NCBI RefSeq assembly: GCF_001194135.2
Contig: NC_068987.1
Location: forward strand, 66,230,740 to 66,294,739
Origin: Octopus bimaculoides
Taxonomy: Eukaryota
DNA length: 64,000 nucleotides
Direction: 5' to 3'
Shown: positions 12,196 to 25,460 of the stretch, one piece after another
Numbering within the stretch: position 1 is the first letter of the stretch
How the letters are laid out: each line of letters starts with the position of its first letter
Notes under the pieces: generated by a model
Told to the model about the DNA's origin: nothing
The model's input: the letters and a program-made list of their open reading frames with translations, nothing else
Databases searched by the model: none
Made by a program: the position numbers and the translations under genes

Positions 12196-12857
12196 TATAT
12201 ATATATATATATATGTATCAAAAAAGGATGTGTTATAATACTATTCTACAGTCATACCAACAACCGAACATACCTCCGTCATCATCATCATCATATATAC
12301 ATATATACATATATACATATAAGTTAGTTGAGTTAGAGTTTAAAATAACCACATAAAGTATCCATTACACTACCGGTATATTGCCTATATTTGCTTGTGT
12401 GATTTTGCTTGTATGATTACCATCATATCCAACTTTACCCTTTCTCTCGTCTATGTTCTTCTTTATTCTCCACTGTGATGAAGGTCTTTGTTTCAGATCG
12501 GTTTTATTACCAAATATAATTAATATCTTACATATTTTTGAATATCAATAGCAATGCCATACAACTCTGGAAGCAGAAGCTGTTGTGAGATAGGATGCAG
12601 TCTACATGCATCGAATTAATAAATAGTAATTGATGTACATCAATTGTTGTTCATCATTACTTCTCGATTTTTTGTTTTCTTNNNNNNNNNNNNNNNNNNN
12701 NNNNNNNNNNNNNNNNNNNNNNNNNNNNNNNNNNNNNNNNNNNNNNNNNNNNNNNNNNNNNNNNNNNNNNNNNNNNNNNNNNNNNNNNNNNNNNNNNNNN
12801 NNNNNNNNNNNNNNNNNNNNNNNNNNNNNNNNNNNNNNNNNNNNNNNNNNNNNNNNN

Positions 12858-12926
<69 letters not shown>

Positions 12927-14382
12927 AAATGCCTACATACAGCTCGCCCCTGCATATATGTGCATTTAAAAATATGCAATGTATCTGCCTATGTGTGTAT
13001 GTGACATGTGCACCTAAGTGTCAGTGGCTGTTTCTGAGGCACGCGCGTATGTCTGTTCGGATGGAAATCAACTCACTACCGTGTATATCATTCCTTGGTA
13101 GGGAGCCCAAAATAAAGTTTACATTTCAGCCCAGCTGATGATTGCCGACATTCATCTGAGCTATCATAGCAATGTCTCTTCTCAGTTACGTGCAACCTAG
13201 AATCGTGTTATTTGGCATTGCATATTAGGAAGTGTTTATCCAGACCCAATTAGAAAATCTTGCAGAAAAAATCTTCGATTCGAAATTAATTTGCGTTTGC
13301 TCCTGTAATAACTTGTTTGGAAGGCGGAAGACATTAACAGTGAGGACGAGTTAAGATCTGGATCCCATCCGTAATTTCAAAATTACCTTTAAATTATTTG
13401 AGGCCAAGACCTCAGAGCGGGGTAAAATGCCATACATATCAGTTCAAGTATTGTTTGAGTTTGTTTCCAGACTGATGCAAGATGTGTTTGGAGGCATAGA
13501 AAATCTTGCGAAAGACAATGTGTTGTGAATAAATGGCACAGAAATAAGTTTGCAGCAGCGTGAATTGAAGTGCTGCAGAGAATGTGAATGATTGAGAAAT
13601 CTACTTATATTTTGACATAGCCATTCGGAAGCATATACGAACTTGGTAAATAGGCTAGCTGCTAGAGATCGATCAGAAATAAGAGACATTTAGAGGAACA
13701 GATTGCAGGTTTTGCATGGGATATTTAGAGTGTTTGATTGTAGCTGAGATCACATATTTTTGTAAAGATGGAGAATTGCTTATTGATCTCCATAAAATAT
13801 TGAAATGTGTTTATATGCATCTGGTTCTCTAAACTAATGTCAACATCAGTGGTTAGGAGGAAAATATACAGTGTATATGTACATATTTACAGATGACGTA
13901 AGAGTTCTTTTTTATTTTGAATTTAATTATAGAAGTTTACAGATATCAACGATCTGTTAGTGAATAGGTTGTGCAAAGTATGAGTTTGATCTGGTTTTAC
14001 TTCATGTAATTTCATCCCTTAACATGTACACATTTCGCACAAAAACATTAACGCAGGCGCGTGCAACACAACACATACACCCACACAAACGCACACAAAA
14101 AACACACCTACATTTATATACATACAAATATTACATGTCTATATATATATTCATGTGTGTATACTGCCATGTTGCCACTGTTTGTACCCGTATGCTTTTC
14201 ATAAAACTGATTAATAATCTGGATTCTCAATCAAATATTTTAGCTTCACTTTGATTAAATTACAAAGTAAACAAAATGTGTCACAATAAAAATCGAGAAC
14301 GGCACACACATAAGCATAAACATACAGACGCGTGTGTGTATGTGTGTGCACGCGTACGTATGTACATGTATTTATAAACATG

Positions 14383-14418
<36 letters not shown>

Positions 14419-15489
14419 NNNNNNNNNNNNNNNNNNNNNNNNNNNNNNNNNNNNNNNNNNNNNNNNNNNNNNNNNNNNNNNNNNNNNNNNNNNNNNNNNN
14501 NNNNNNNNNNNNNNNNNNNNNNNNNNNNNNNNNNNNNNNNNNNNNNNNNNNNNNNNNNNNNNNNNNNNNNNNNNNNNNNNNNNNNNNNNNNNNNNNNNNN
14601 NNNNNNNNNNNNNNNNNNNNNNNNNNNNNNNNNNNNNNNNNNNNNNNNNNNNNNNNNNNNNNNNNNNNNNNNNNNNNNNATGTATGTATGTATATATGGA
14701 TATGTATATATACATATATGACGTTTCAACAGTTAATTACTTTCTAGAATAATATTTCCTACTCGTTAAATAGATTATGTTTAAGCAAAGTTGTATATAT
14801 AGAATGTAATATAAACTTTTTTAATAGTTTCGTCAGACAAGAAACATAATTTAAGAAACTAATTCGAAACAGTTACAATAATACACTATAATAAATGTTG
14901 CACACTAAATACTAATTAAACAAGACTAAATGAATGAATAAAGAACTAATAACTCATCTAGTTACTACGTATTTTATTATAAGCAGACGTTATGTATCTA
15001 TTGATATTTAGAATGCAATGTCTTACTTAATAATCAGCATCAAATTGATTTGTAACACAATATTTATGAAGATTTCGTAATTATTAATGTAGTAATTATA
15101 AGCAGATTCTCGCGGAGAGCTGCTGCTGAGGCGAATCTGTACAGTGTCGAATAAAATTCATTGGATGTATATTCCAGCTTCTTCAAATTAAGCCGTGGTC
15201 AAATGTTCCTTTTACATTTCCTACATAGAAATAAGTTAAGTAGCTGTCAAGTACTGGGGTAAATGATCTATATCATATTCTCAATTTCTTGTATTGTGGC
15301 TATTTTAGAATGTATTTATAAGTTGGGTGTATTTGGTTGAAGCGTTAGATCGTCGGCCAGCGAAGTGTTGCTTAATTTGTTCCTGTTCCTTCGATGTTCC
15401 CCGGCCTTGATCTCCATCCTGTTGTGGTAGATAAAATGAATTAACATTCAAGTACTACCTTGGATTTAAACGATTGTTTCTCGCCGCTA

Positions 15490-16328
15490 AATATCAAGCC
15501 TGCAGAGTTTAATGATCCTCTCGAGAACCCAGTTTTTGCAAAAACTCTTCACCAGGAGCTGCACAAAGCCGGATTTCAGAGGAGAGCTGCAATCAGAAAA
15601 CCACTACATTCAAAAACAAACATTGCAAATAGTTTAGAGTGGAGTAAAATTCTGCTGAATTTGTCCCTAGAGCAGTGGAAGAATGTTATTTTCTCGGACG
15701 AGTCATCCTTTACCTTATTTCCTACCACCGACCAAGTATGCGTGTGGAGACAGTCAAAAGAAGCATTTGACCCAGACTGACTTCTTCCAGCTGTTAAACA
15801 TAGAGCGGGATCTGTGATGATCTAGAGGCTATAACTTGGAAATCCACCGGCCCAATGGTTTCCTATCATGGCATAATTAATAGTCAAGACTATTTAAGCA
15901 TTTCATTTAATCAAATTCATCCTATGGTTGCGGAACTGTTTCCGGAGGGAAACGCAATCTTTCAGGATGATAATGCACCAATTCACACAGCTAAATTTGT
16001 TACTGAATGGCACGATGAACATTCTAGTGAAGTTGAACATCTTATCTGGCCACCACAGTCCATATATCTCAATATTATTGAACATTTATAGGGCATTTTA
16101 GAAAAACAAGCAAGGAGTCGATATCCTCCACCATCATCATAAAAAGAACTGGAAACTGTTTTCGCTGAAGAATGGAGAAAAATTCCTTTGGAAAAAATTC
16201 AAACTTTGTTCGAGTCCATACCTTGTAGAATTCAAGCAGTGATTACTGCCAAAGACGGTCCTACCCCATATTAAAATAAATTTGTTTGAAATTTTATGGT
16301 GTTTCCATTATTTTGTCCAGCTCCTGTA
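15490..16328 (+). mobile_element. Tc1-family transposon, 5'-truncated pseudogene with right TIR; DD36E spacing
   Basis: AAIRKPL, WKNVIFSDESSF, VKHRAGSVMI, AIFQDDNAPIH, WPPQSIYLNIIEHL, RIQAVITAKDGPTPY*. The TIR GGTGTTTCCATTATTTTGTCCAGCTCCTG is followed by TA. Confidence 0.93.
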
Positions 16329-17021
16329 TATATATATATATNNNNNNNNNNNNNNNNNNNNNNNNNNNNNNNNNNNNNNNNNNNNNNNNNNNNNNNNNNN
16401 NNNNNNNNNNNNNNNNNNNNNNNNNNNNNNNNNNNNNNNNNNNNNNNNNNNNNNNNNNNNNNNNNNNNNNNNNNNNNNNNNNNNNNNNNNNNNNNNNNNN
16501 NNNNNNNNNNNNNNNNNNNNNNNNNNNNNNNNNNNNNNNNNNNNNNNNNNNNNNNNNNNNNNNNNNNNNNNNNNNNNNNNNNNNNNNNNNNNNNNNNNNN
16601 NNNNNNNNNNNNNNNNNNNNNNNNNNNNNNNNNNNNNNNNNNNNNNNNNNNNNNNNNNNNNNNNNNNNNNNNNNNNNNNNNNNNNNNNNNNNNNNNNNNN
16701 NNNNNNNNNNNNNNNNNNNNNNNNNNNNNNNNNNNNNNNNNNNNNNNNNNNNNNNNNNNNNNNNNNNNNNNNNNNNNNNNNNNNNNNNNNNNNNNNNNNN
16801 NNNNNNNNNNNNNNNNNNNNNNNNNNNNNNNNNNNNNNNNNNNNNNNNNNNNNNNNNNNNNNNNNNNNNNNNNNNNNNNNNNNNNNNNNNNNNNNNNNNN
16901 NNNNNNNNNNNNNNNNNNNNNNNNNNNNNNNNNNNNNNNNNNNNNNNNNNNNNNNNNNNNNNNNNNNNNNNNNNNNNNNNNNNNNNNNNNNNNNNNNNNN
17001 NNNNNNNNNNNNNNNNNNNNN

Positions 17022-18260
17022 TATATATATAATAAAACGGAAGATGTGTGTGCGTGCGTGTGTACAGGCCCTTTTCTTCATCCCCCTTCAAATAAATATT
17101 TTTCATCGGATTTCGTTCACGCGAGGAACACATATCCGTTATGTGCCAGAGATGGTTGCAGACTCTTCCGATTTTCCACATAATGAGTAATGCCGCCCCT
17201 AGGGGACGAAAATACCTTCTCATAGGTAAATAACAAATACCAACTATCGTTGCTTCAAGGGACATTACTCTTGATGACGTAGTTATGCTAATTCCACTTC
17301 GTCTTCTACTACAGTTTTTACAATGCCCATTCACTGCCTACCGCTGATATTTGCACTTTAGCACTTCCGTGAGGTAGCCATTGGATTTAAATCACCTTTT
17401 TTTTATGTCTTCAGAAATTAATCTATATTATTTATATTCTCTGCTTTTACTCATACAAAGTTGTGTCAGTCATACAGTTTTACAATGCTCATTCACTACA
17501 AGCTGCCAATATTTGCACGTTAGCACGGGGCTGTTCTTGCACGTACAAAGGCAGCTACCAGAACTCTTAACTACGACTTACTCAGTAAGCTACCTTCACA
17601 AGAACGTTGTTATAGATCAGTTGATACTGTACCGACCTCGATCAGGTTACACTTCCAACAGAATTTCTCAACTCCCACCATCCCCCAAGACTCCTTCTCC
17701 ATGAACTTCACTTAAAATTCGGTTGCCTTATCTACGCAATCTAAAGGAGCCCACAAAAATGATGGACCACGTCATTGAAGTCCAATATATCACGAGACAC
17801 GGCAAAAACGATACCGTTTTTATTCCGAAAATTCCGCTAACCCCAAAAGACTGGCCCTACCGTATGCGGAGACTTCAGTTACTTCTCAAACTCAGCTTTG
17901 CAATGACAATTAACAAAGCACAAGATCAATCTCTGAAAGCTGTCGGATTGGACCTTCGAACGTCATGCTTTTCACAAGAACAGTTCTACGTCGGTTGTTC
18001 CAGAGTTGGCCATCCAGACATCTTATTCATCTATGCTCCTGAAGGAAAACCCAAAAATGTCGTCTACAAAGCAGCCCTAAAGTAGTTACTCCTCAACTGC
18101 AATCTTCACATCTACACCAAACTGTAGCCGTAAGCAATCAGACCTCCTACAAGCACTCCATTGATATTTTGCCTCATTTCCATGATTTCTGTTAACAGTG
18201 CATTACCTTTATTAACCCTTCTTCCTTCACGCACGCTTCTAGCTCGTAAGCGTCTTCTGA
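17022..18260 (+). mobile_element. Internally deleted Helitron (probable 5' end, internal repeats, helicase C-terminus)
   Basis: 17723-18085 reads VFIPKIPLTPKDWPYRMRRLQLLLKLSFAMTINKAQDQSLKAVGLDLRTSCFSQEQFYVGCSRVG..KNVVYKAAL*, which is a firm call. The TATATATAATAAAACGGAAG..GTGTGTG start and the hairpin ACGCTT-9-AAGCGT at 18233-18253 are weaker evidence for the ends. Confidence 0.75.
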
Positions 18261-18889
18261 CATTTATTTTTTTACATGCTTATTATTCTATTTGTGTGTT
18301 TGCAATAAATGTTTGCTTTTGTTTATCATGCATGACTTTAATTGAAAACAAGCTTCAATGAGGTTATGTCAGGCATTACAAGTAAAATAACTACAAGGTA
18401 CAAATTTCTTCAGGTAAGATATAGGATCCCTAATGCCTACTGAAATTGTGATCTCATTTCATGGACTTTCTTTTATTACTAATTTCCAAATTTGTGTTCA
18501 AAAAACATAATTCATTACCTAGGTTGCTTAATACCAAGTAATAAACTACTAACGAAATAGGTAATTATACATTTTACGTTTATCAACTTGAAACGACTTC
18601 TAGCCGCGGGCTTATTCAACTTCAACCGTCCAAAGGAATGCGCCATCATAATAAATTACACCATCCATAGGACGGTTGCATTTGATAGAATATAACTATA
18701 TCTATAATCTTTACTTTAGAGTACTATTGCTGAATGATTCCCGTCGAGAGATTTAGAAATAATACTCTTTCTATTTATTAGATCAGTGTTGTGTATCACT
18801 TTGAAAATTAAATATATTTTCAAAGAGGAATTTAGCAGCGCCATCTCTAACCCAGCAGTTATTCTGTGCCCAGGAAGAGAAATAACACA

Positions 18890-19025
18890 GATATTACTTT
18901 GTGCTGAGTGGGGATGCTAAACTCCCCCGTTCGAGAATATAAGGATACAGAGAGTGTGTCATATAGCCAGCTGGCGGTGAGGTTTCCTGGGGCTAAATAA
19001 CAGCAACATTTGTCCCAAGCAGAAC
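18890..19025 (+). repeat. Solo copy of one arm of the 30821-31370 foldback element
   Basis: Shares AATATAA.GA.ACA..GTGTC.TATAGCCAGCTGG..GGCTAAATAACAG.AACATT.GTCCCAA with 31245-31332. Confidence 0.7.
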
Positions 19026-20097
19026 TGTTTAAGGGATTTGCATAAGAATATCAATTTGTGTAAACATAAAAAGGATATGCCAAGTAATATCATCAACTCG
19101 ACAGTCAGAGAAGTGTAAGGTTATAAAATGTTCTTAAAGTATTCGCAAATAACTAACTTAATTTTCAAAAATCTAGCTGTGATACAAATTTTCAATATAA
19201 CAATTTGAAATAAGTGTATCAAAATTGTTTAGGAGCAACACTCTACCTAGTGTAAACCTTAAAAATTAAACGGTGACCAAGTACAAATAATTTCAATTAG
19301 CAGATCATAATTTTTTATTTAAAATTATATTAAACTTCACATTATGAAAACGCAATTATAATTATAAATACATTATCGTTATCTTCTTTCTATCGTTAAT
19401 TCCTTATTTGGAACCTAAAGAAAATAGGAAATTTTGTTTCCAAGCATCTTGAAATTAGTCTCTTAATAAAGTAATTTAAATATCTCTCTTCGAGTAATTA
19501 TGCAAACTCTGCTCATGTGAATAGACATAACTGTTGCAAAAAAGAAATATATCGCTTAGAATATATTTAAACTTTCAATGTAAACTAGTCATTTCCAGTT
19601 ACAAGACGGCAACAAAATGTACTTTAATATAATAATGGAAACTAAAGTCTATTTGTGCTATGCATAGATCTTAACATTGATAAGTCGTTCAATAGTTTAA
19701 TCACTCTTCTGGAATTTTTTGGAATTTTTCGGAAATTTTTGATCGTAACAATATTTCAGAAACTGATTACCACATTATTAAACGAATGTTGTCTATCTTA
19801 TATTGCATATAAAACTCATTTGCTTAATATACATTTACCAAGTGTGATGTATCGAAATTATATTATCATCTTCTTTAATATCTAATGTATTATAGACTAT
19901 GCGAATTTACTTCCTTTTTTTTTAGGTTGTTTCGTACTAATCGTGAGATGTTTTGTGTGTGTTTGCTTCGAGAAGTGTGTTTAAACTATTCCTAATATGA
20001 TAAAAGCACCCATTGTCGAAATATATCTCAATTTTTACAGTAGATAAATGGACTTCTAAAGACGTCTCATACATACATACATGCATACATGCATGCA

Positions 20098-20163
<66 letters not shown>

Positions 20164-20168
<5 letters not shown>

Positions 20169-21220
20169 AAGGGAAAGTTACTTGAGGTTGTCAATTCATT
20201 TGTCGACCTGGGAAGCTGTGTCAAAGATGATGGAAATATTGATACGGAAATACACCTGCGAATTCAAAGGACAGCAAAAGCATTTGGTGGCTTGGAGCCA
20301 TACGTCTGGCGCCAGCGACATATAAATAACAGTACAAAGCTGGCTCTTTACAAATCATCTGTCTTACCAGCCCTATTGTATTCCTGTGAAACTTGGACTT
20401 GTTATGAAAAGCCTTTTAAACCGTTGGAACAATTCCACCAAAAATGCCTTCGTCATATTTTAAAAATAAAATGGAATTCTTTTACTCCAAACACAGATAT
20501 CCTTGCATCTGCAGGCATCCCTTCAATTAAAGCTATGATTTTGAGGAACCGATCCAGATGGTGTGGCCATACTGTTCGAATGACAGATGAACGCATGCCG
20601 AAACAGCTGTTTTATGGTGAGCTTGCAGAGGGGAAACGATATCGGCATAAACCTAAAAAAGGTTTAAAGATGGCATGAGATCTACTATGACGTCTCTTGG
20701 AATGGTTCCAGAAGATATATAAACCCTCGCTTCAGTTCGAGTTGGATGGCGAACAAAAGTGTGGAATGGAATGAAAGCGTTTGAAGAGGCCACGATAACG
20801 CAAGCAAGACTCAAACGATATTTAAGGAAGAATGTAAAGATCGACAAGGTGAATGACAAGGACCTTTTTGTGTGCACAGTCTTTTGTGTGCCTGTCTTTG
20901 GCTGGCCTCAAATCTTACCAGCGAACTCATGGAAAACAAACTTCAACCTACTATTCTGACAATATGTCTGTGCACACGTTTCAATGTGGTGTATGCCAGA
21001 ACGCTTGCAAATCCAATGGCGGTCTTAAAAGATATGTTAAGATCATCCACAATGAGCAGAACTTATCTGCAGGTATTGATAGTTCAAATCGGAGGTGCAA
21101 TCTCTGTGGGTATTTTTTCAGAACATTGTCTGGTTTAAAAAGCCACATCAGACGCCATGAAGGGGCTAAGGTGTAGGTACAGGAGGTGGTCAAACTCTGC
21201 GTACAGAGTAGACAACCACC
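20164..21220 (+). mobile_element. RTE-clade LINE, 5'-truncated, with three C-terminal C2H2-like fingers and a 3' stem-loop
   Basis: LEVVNSFVDLGS..EIHLRIQRTAKAFG..VLPALLYSCETW..LEQFHQKCLRHILKIKW..RWCGHTVRMTDERMPKQLFYGEL. A frameshift near 20660 leads into the CxxC..HxxxH motifs, with stop at 21176. Confidence 0.92.
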
Positions 21221-21862
21221 ATATATATATATATATATANNNNNNNNNNNNNNNNNNNNNNNNNNNNNNNNNNNNNNNNNNNNNNNNNNNNNNNNNNNNN
21301 NNNNNNNNNNNNNNNNNNNNNNNNNNNNNNNNNNNNNNNNNNNNNNNNNNNNNNNNNNNNNNNNNNNNNNNNNNNNNNNNNNNNNNNNNNNNNNNNNNNN
21401 NNNNNNNNNNNNNNNNNNNNNNNNNNNNNNNNNNNNNNNNNNNNNNNNNNNNNNNNNNNNNNNNNNNNNNNNNNNNNNNNNNNNNNNNNNNNNNNNNNNN
21501 NNNNNNNNNNNNNNNNNNNNNNNNNNNNNNNNNNNNNNNNNNNNNNNNNNNNNNNNNNNNNNNNNNNNNNNNNNNNNNNNNNNNNNNNNNNNNNNNNNNN
21601 NNNNNNNNNNNNNNNNNNNNNNNNNNNNNNNNNNNNNNNNNNNNNNNNNNNNNNNNNNNNNNNNNNNNNNNNNNNNNNNNNNNNNNNNNNNNNNNNNNNN
21701 NNNNNNNNNNNNNNNNNNNNNNNNNNNNNNNNNNNNNNNNNNNNNNNNNNNNNNNNNNNNNNNNNNNNNNNNNNNNNNNNNNNNNNNNNNNNNNNNNNNN
21801 NNNNNNNNNNNNNNNNNNNNNNNNNNNNNNNNNNNNNNNNNNNNNNNNNNNNNNNNNNNNNN

Positions 21863-21895
<33 letters not shown>

Positions 21896-22237
21896 TATAT
21901 ATATACACTCATACGTCCACATTCATACATATCCACATACGTACCCACGCACATACAAATATACACATATGTGTGCATGTCCCCATATACACATATGTAT
22001 ACATTTATATATACACATGTATAAATAGAAATAGACTCATACACATACACATAGCTATACATCTACGCCTATTACCTAATAAAATAAACAGATACGCATA
22101 TACATATACATACATGTATACATACGTAAACACACGCATGCACAAACANNNNNNNNNNAATAAACAGATACGCATATACATATACATACATGTATACATA
22201 CGTAAACACACGCATGCACAAACATACATACATACAA

Positions 22238-22290
<53 letters not shown>

Positions 22291-23511
22291 AGAAAAAGAA
22301 CTCAAGTGTTTTCATATATACATACATACACATACCCATATACATATATCCACAAACCTACATATAGAAATATGTACTTACATACAGAACCTAATAACGC
22401 ATACATATNNNNNNNNNNGTGGACATACACACTCACATAAACTTGTATACACAATCATATAAACACATTTATATTTACACACACACAAACAACTAAATGT
22501 TTACTTATATTTTTTTAAAAATGAAAATACATCTACATAAATATGCTCCCATACTTATTCACAAGTACACTCATATATGAATATATAAACAAACCTATGT
22601 GTTAATAAATACATTTTTACACAAAAATGTACATACATCCAAAGAATCATACGTAAATGCATATTTATATATTTAAAAAAAATAATATTGATAAGAGTAA
22701 AAACATGGGTAAGAGTGAAAATATAAATGATAATGCGTATATGTACACAGAAAAATCAATTAAAACACCTCTATTTTATACAAAACCCTAAATATGTATA
22801 CACAGACACACACACACACACANNNNNNNNNNNNNNNNNNNNNNNNNNNNNNNNNNNNNNNNNNNNNNNNNNNNNNNNNNNNNNNNNNNNNNNNNNNNNN
22901 NNNNNNNNNNNNNNNNNNNNNNNNNNNNNNNNNNNNNNNNNNNNNNNNNNNNNNNNNNNNNNNNNNNNNNNNNNNNNNNNNNNNNNNNNNNNNNNNNNNN
23001 NNNNNNNNNNNNNNNNNNNNNNNNNNNNNNNNNNNNNNNNNNNNNNNNNNNNNNNNNNNNNNNNNNNNNNNNNNNNNNNNNNNNNNNNNNNNNNNNNNNN
23101 NNNNNNNNNNNNNNNNNNNNNNNNNNNNNNNNNNNNNNNNNNNNNNNNNNNNNNNNNNNNNNNNNNNNNNNNNNNNNNNNNNNNNNNNNNNNNNNNNNNN
23201 NNNNNNNNNNNNNNNNNNNNNNNNNNNNNNNNNNNNNNNNNNNNNNNNNNNNNNNNNNNNNNNNNNNNNNNNNNNNNNNNNNNNNNNNNNNNNNNNNNNN
23301 NNNNNNNNNNNNNNNNNNNNNNNNNNNNNNNNNNNNNNNNNNNNNNNNNNNNNNNNNNNNNNNNNNNNNNNNNNNNNNNNNNNNNNNNNNNNNNNNNNNN
23401 NNNNNNNNNNNNNNNNNNNNNNNNNNNNNNNNNNNNNNNNNNNNNNNNNNNNNNNNNNNNNNNNNNNNNNNNNNNNNNNNNNNNNNNNNNNNNNNNNNNN
23501 NNNNNNNNNNN

Positions 23512-24599
23512 NCATTTTCACTTAAAAAACTAATTCTTTTGGAATTGACTTCTGAAATAATGATTTTGTTGTTATGACTATTACTATTATGTGTCGTGTT
23601 ATTAATATTGTTCCCTATATTATTATTATTAGTGTTATTATTGTTATTTTGGTAAGGGTTAATAATGTTTGGTTCAAAGATATTACTGTTTGAACTCTCT
23701 AGTGGATGCAAAAGACTCATATTGTGTGCAGATATTATCTGTGAAATGTTCTTCATGTTAGAGAAACCGAATCTAACCTTGTGTGTATTTATGACTTGGG
23801 AGTAATGAGAGTGTTTAGGAAAGTTCTTATTTATAGCGTTTTGGAACTGGGATACCAAGTCTGATTTTACATTTTTACTGAAAGGAAGAACTACCCAGAC
23901 GTATTTATCGGGTTCTGGTTTAGAATGTTTTCCGGTATTGTTTATAAATAGTCTTAGTTTATTATTATCGTTGAGACAAGGTTTTATTTGACTTTTATTT
24001 CCCTTATTTCGTGAAAGGATGTTAATCTTGTTGTTATTGTTAGGTAATTTATGGTTGGGGTTATCTTCGTATTTATTGTTATTATTTACATTAAAAGCTT
24101 TATCATTATAACTATTGCTATTAAAAATATTATTATTAATATTATTACTCATATCGGTTTCATAATTAGAATCTATATAATTAACCTTTTTCTCTGTAAC
24201 ATGCTTTTGATAAAGCTAAATTGTAAAATTCAGCCTCCTTACTGAAGATGCATTCATTTGTAGAAAGATTGGATAGTCTAAGAGAAATATTTTTAACCAA
24301 ATTTCTCGTTACTGAATTTGGATGATTGCTGGATTTACTGATATATTTTAGGTTAGTGGAGGGTTTGTGTACGGGAAGAATGTTTTAGTGTGTAGATCTA
24401 AAGTGACGTCCAAGAAGTTAGCTATAGATGTTTCATCTTCAAATACTATACCAAAGCCCATTCTGCTAAAAAACCTAGCTAATTTATTTTTAACTTTTTG
24501 TATTTTTTGATTTGTGGTATTCTCTAAGTATAATAGACAATCGTCTCTGTATAGACCACCCTTAACATTTGGGAATTGGTCTTCTAATTCGCATAGAAT
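23512..24599 (-). mobile_element. Penelope-like element RT C-terminus and linker, two frameshifts, both ends in gaps
   Basis: GGLYRDDCLL (catalytic YxDD), ANFLDVTLDL, YISKSSNHPNSV..KNISLRLSNLS, WVVLPFSKNVKS..NKNFPKHSHYSQVINTHKVRFGFSNMKNISQIISAHN. Confidence 0.87.
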
Positions 24600-25425
24600 N
24601 NNNNNNNNNNNNNNNNNNNNNNNNNNNNNNNNNNNNNNNNNNNNNNNNNNNNNNNNNNNNNNNNNNNNNNNNNNNNNNNNNNNNNNNNNNNNNNNNNNNN
24701 NNNNNNNNNNNNNNNNNNNNNNNNNNNNNNNNNNNNNNNNNNNNNNNNNNNNNNNNNNNNNNNNNNNNNNNNNNNNNNNNNNNNNNNNNNNNNNNNNNNN
24801 NNNNNNNNNNNNNNNNNNNNNNNNNNNNNNNNNNNNNNNNNNNNNNNNNNNNNNNNNNNNNNNNNNNNNNNNNNNNNNNNNNNNNNNNNNNNNNNNNNNN
24901 NNNNNNNNNNNNNNNNNNNNNNNNNNNNNNNNNNNNNNNNNNNNNNNNNNNNNNNNNNNNNNNNNNNNNNNNNNNNNNNNNNNNNNNNNNNNNNNNNNNN
25001 NNNNNNNNNNNNNNNNNNNNNNNNNNNNNNNNNNNNNNNNNNNNNNNNNNNNNNNNNNNNNNNNNNNNNNNNNNNNNNNNNNNNNNNNNNNNNNNNNNNN
25101 NNNNNNNNNNNNNNNNNNNNNNNNNNNNNNNNNNNNNNNNNNNNNNNNNNNNNNNNNNNNNNNNNNNNNNNNNNNNNNNNNNNNNNNNNNNNNNNNNNNN
25201 NNNNNNNNNNNNNNNNNNNNNNNNNNNNNNNNNNNNNNNNNNNNNNNNNNNNNNNNNNNNNNNNNNNNNNNNNNNNNNNNNNNNNNNNNNNNNNNNNNNN
25301 NNNNNNNNNNNNNNNNNNNNNNNNNNNNNNNNNNNNNNNNNNNNNNNNNNNNNNNNNNNNNNNNNNNNNNNNNNNNNNNNNNNNNNNNNNNNNNNTATAT
25401 ATATATATATGTATGTATGTGTGTG

Positions 25426-25460
<35 letters not shown>

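Noticed and set aside
18354-18418. Possible exon FNEVMSGITSKITTRYKFLQ ending CAG/GTAAGA
   Set aside because: Good donor but a weak purine-rich acceptor, no neighbouring exons and no recognisable protein.
22083-22224. Exact 66-bp direct repeat flanking a 10-N gap
   Set aside because: Identical copies on both sides of a nominal gap are typical of an unmerged contig overlap (assembly artefact).
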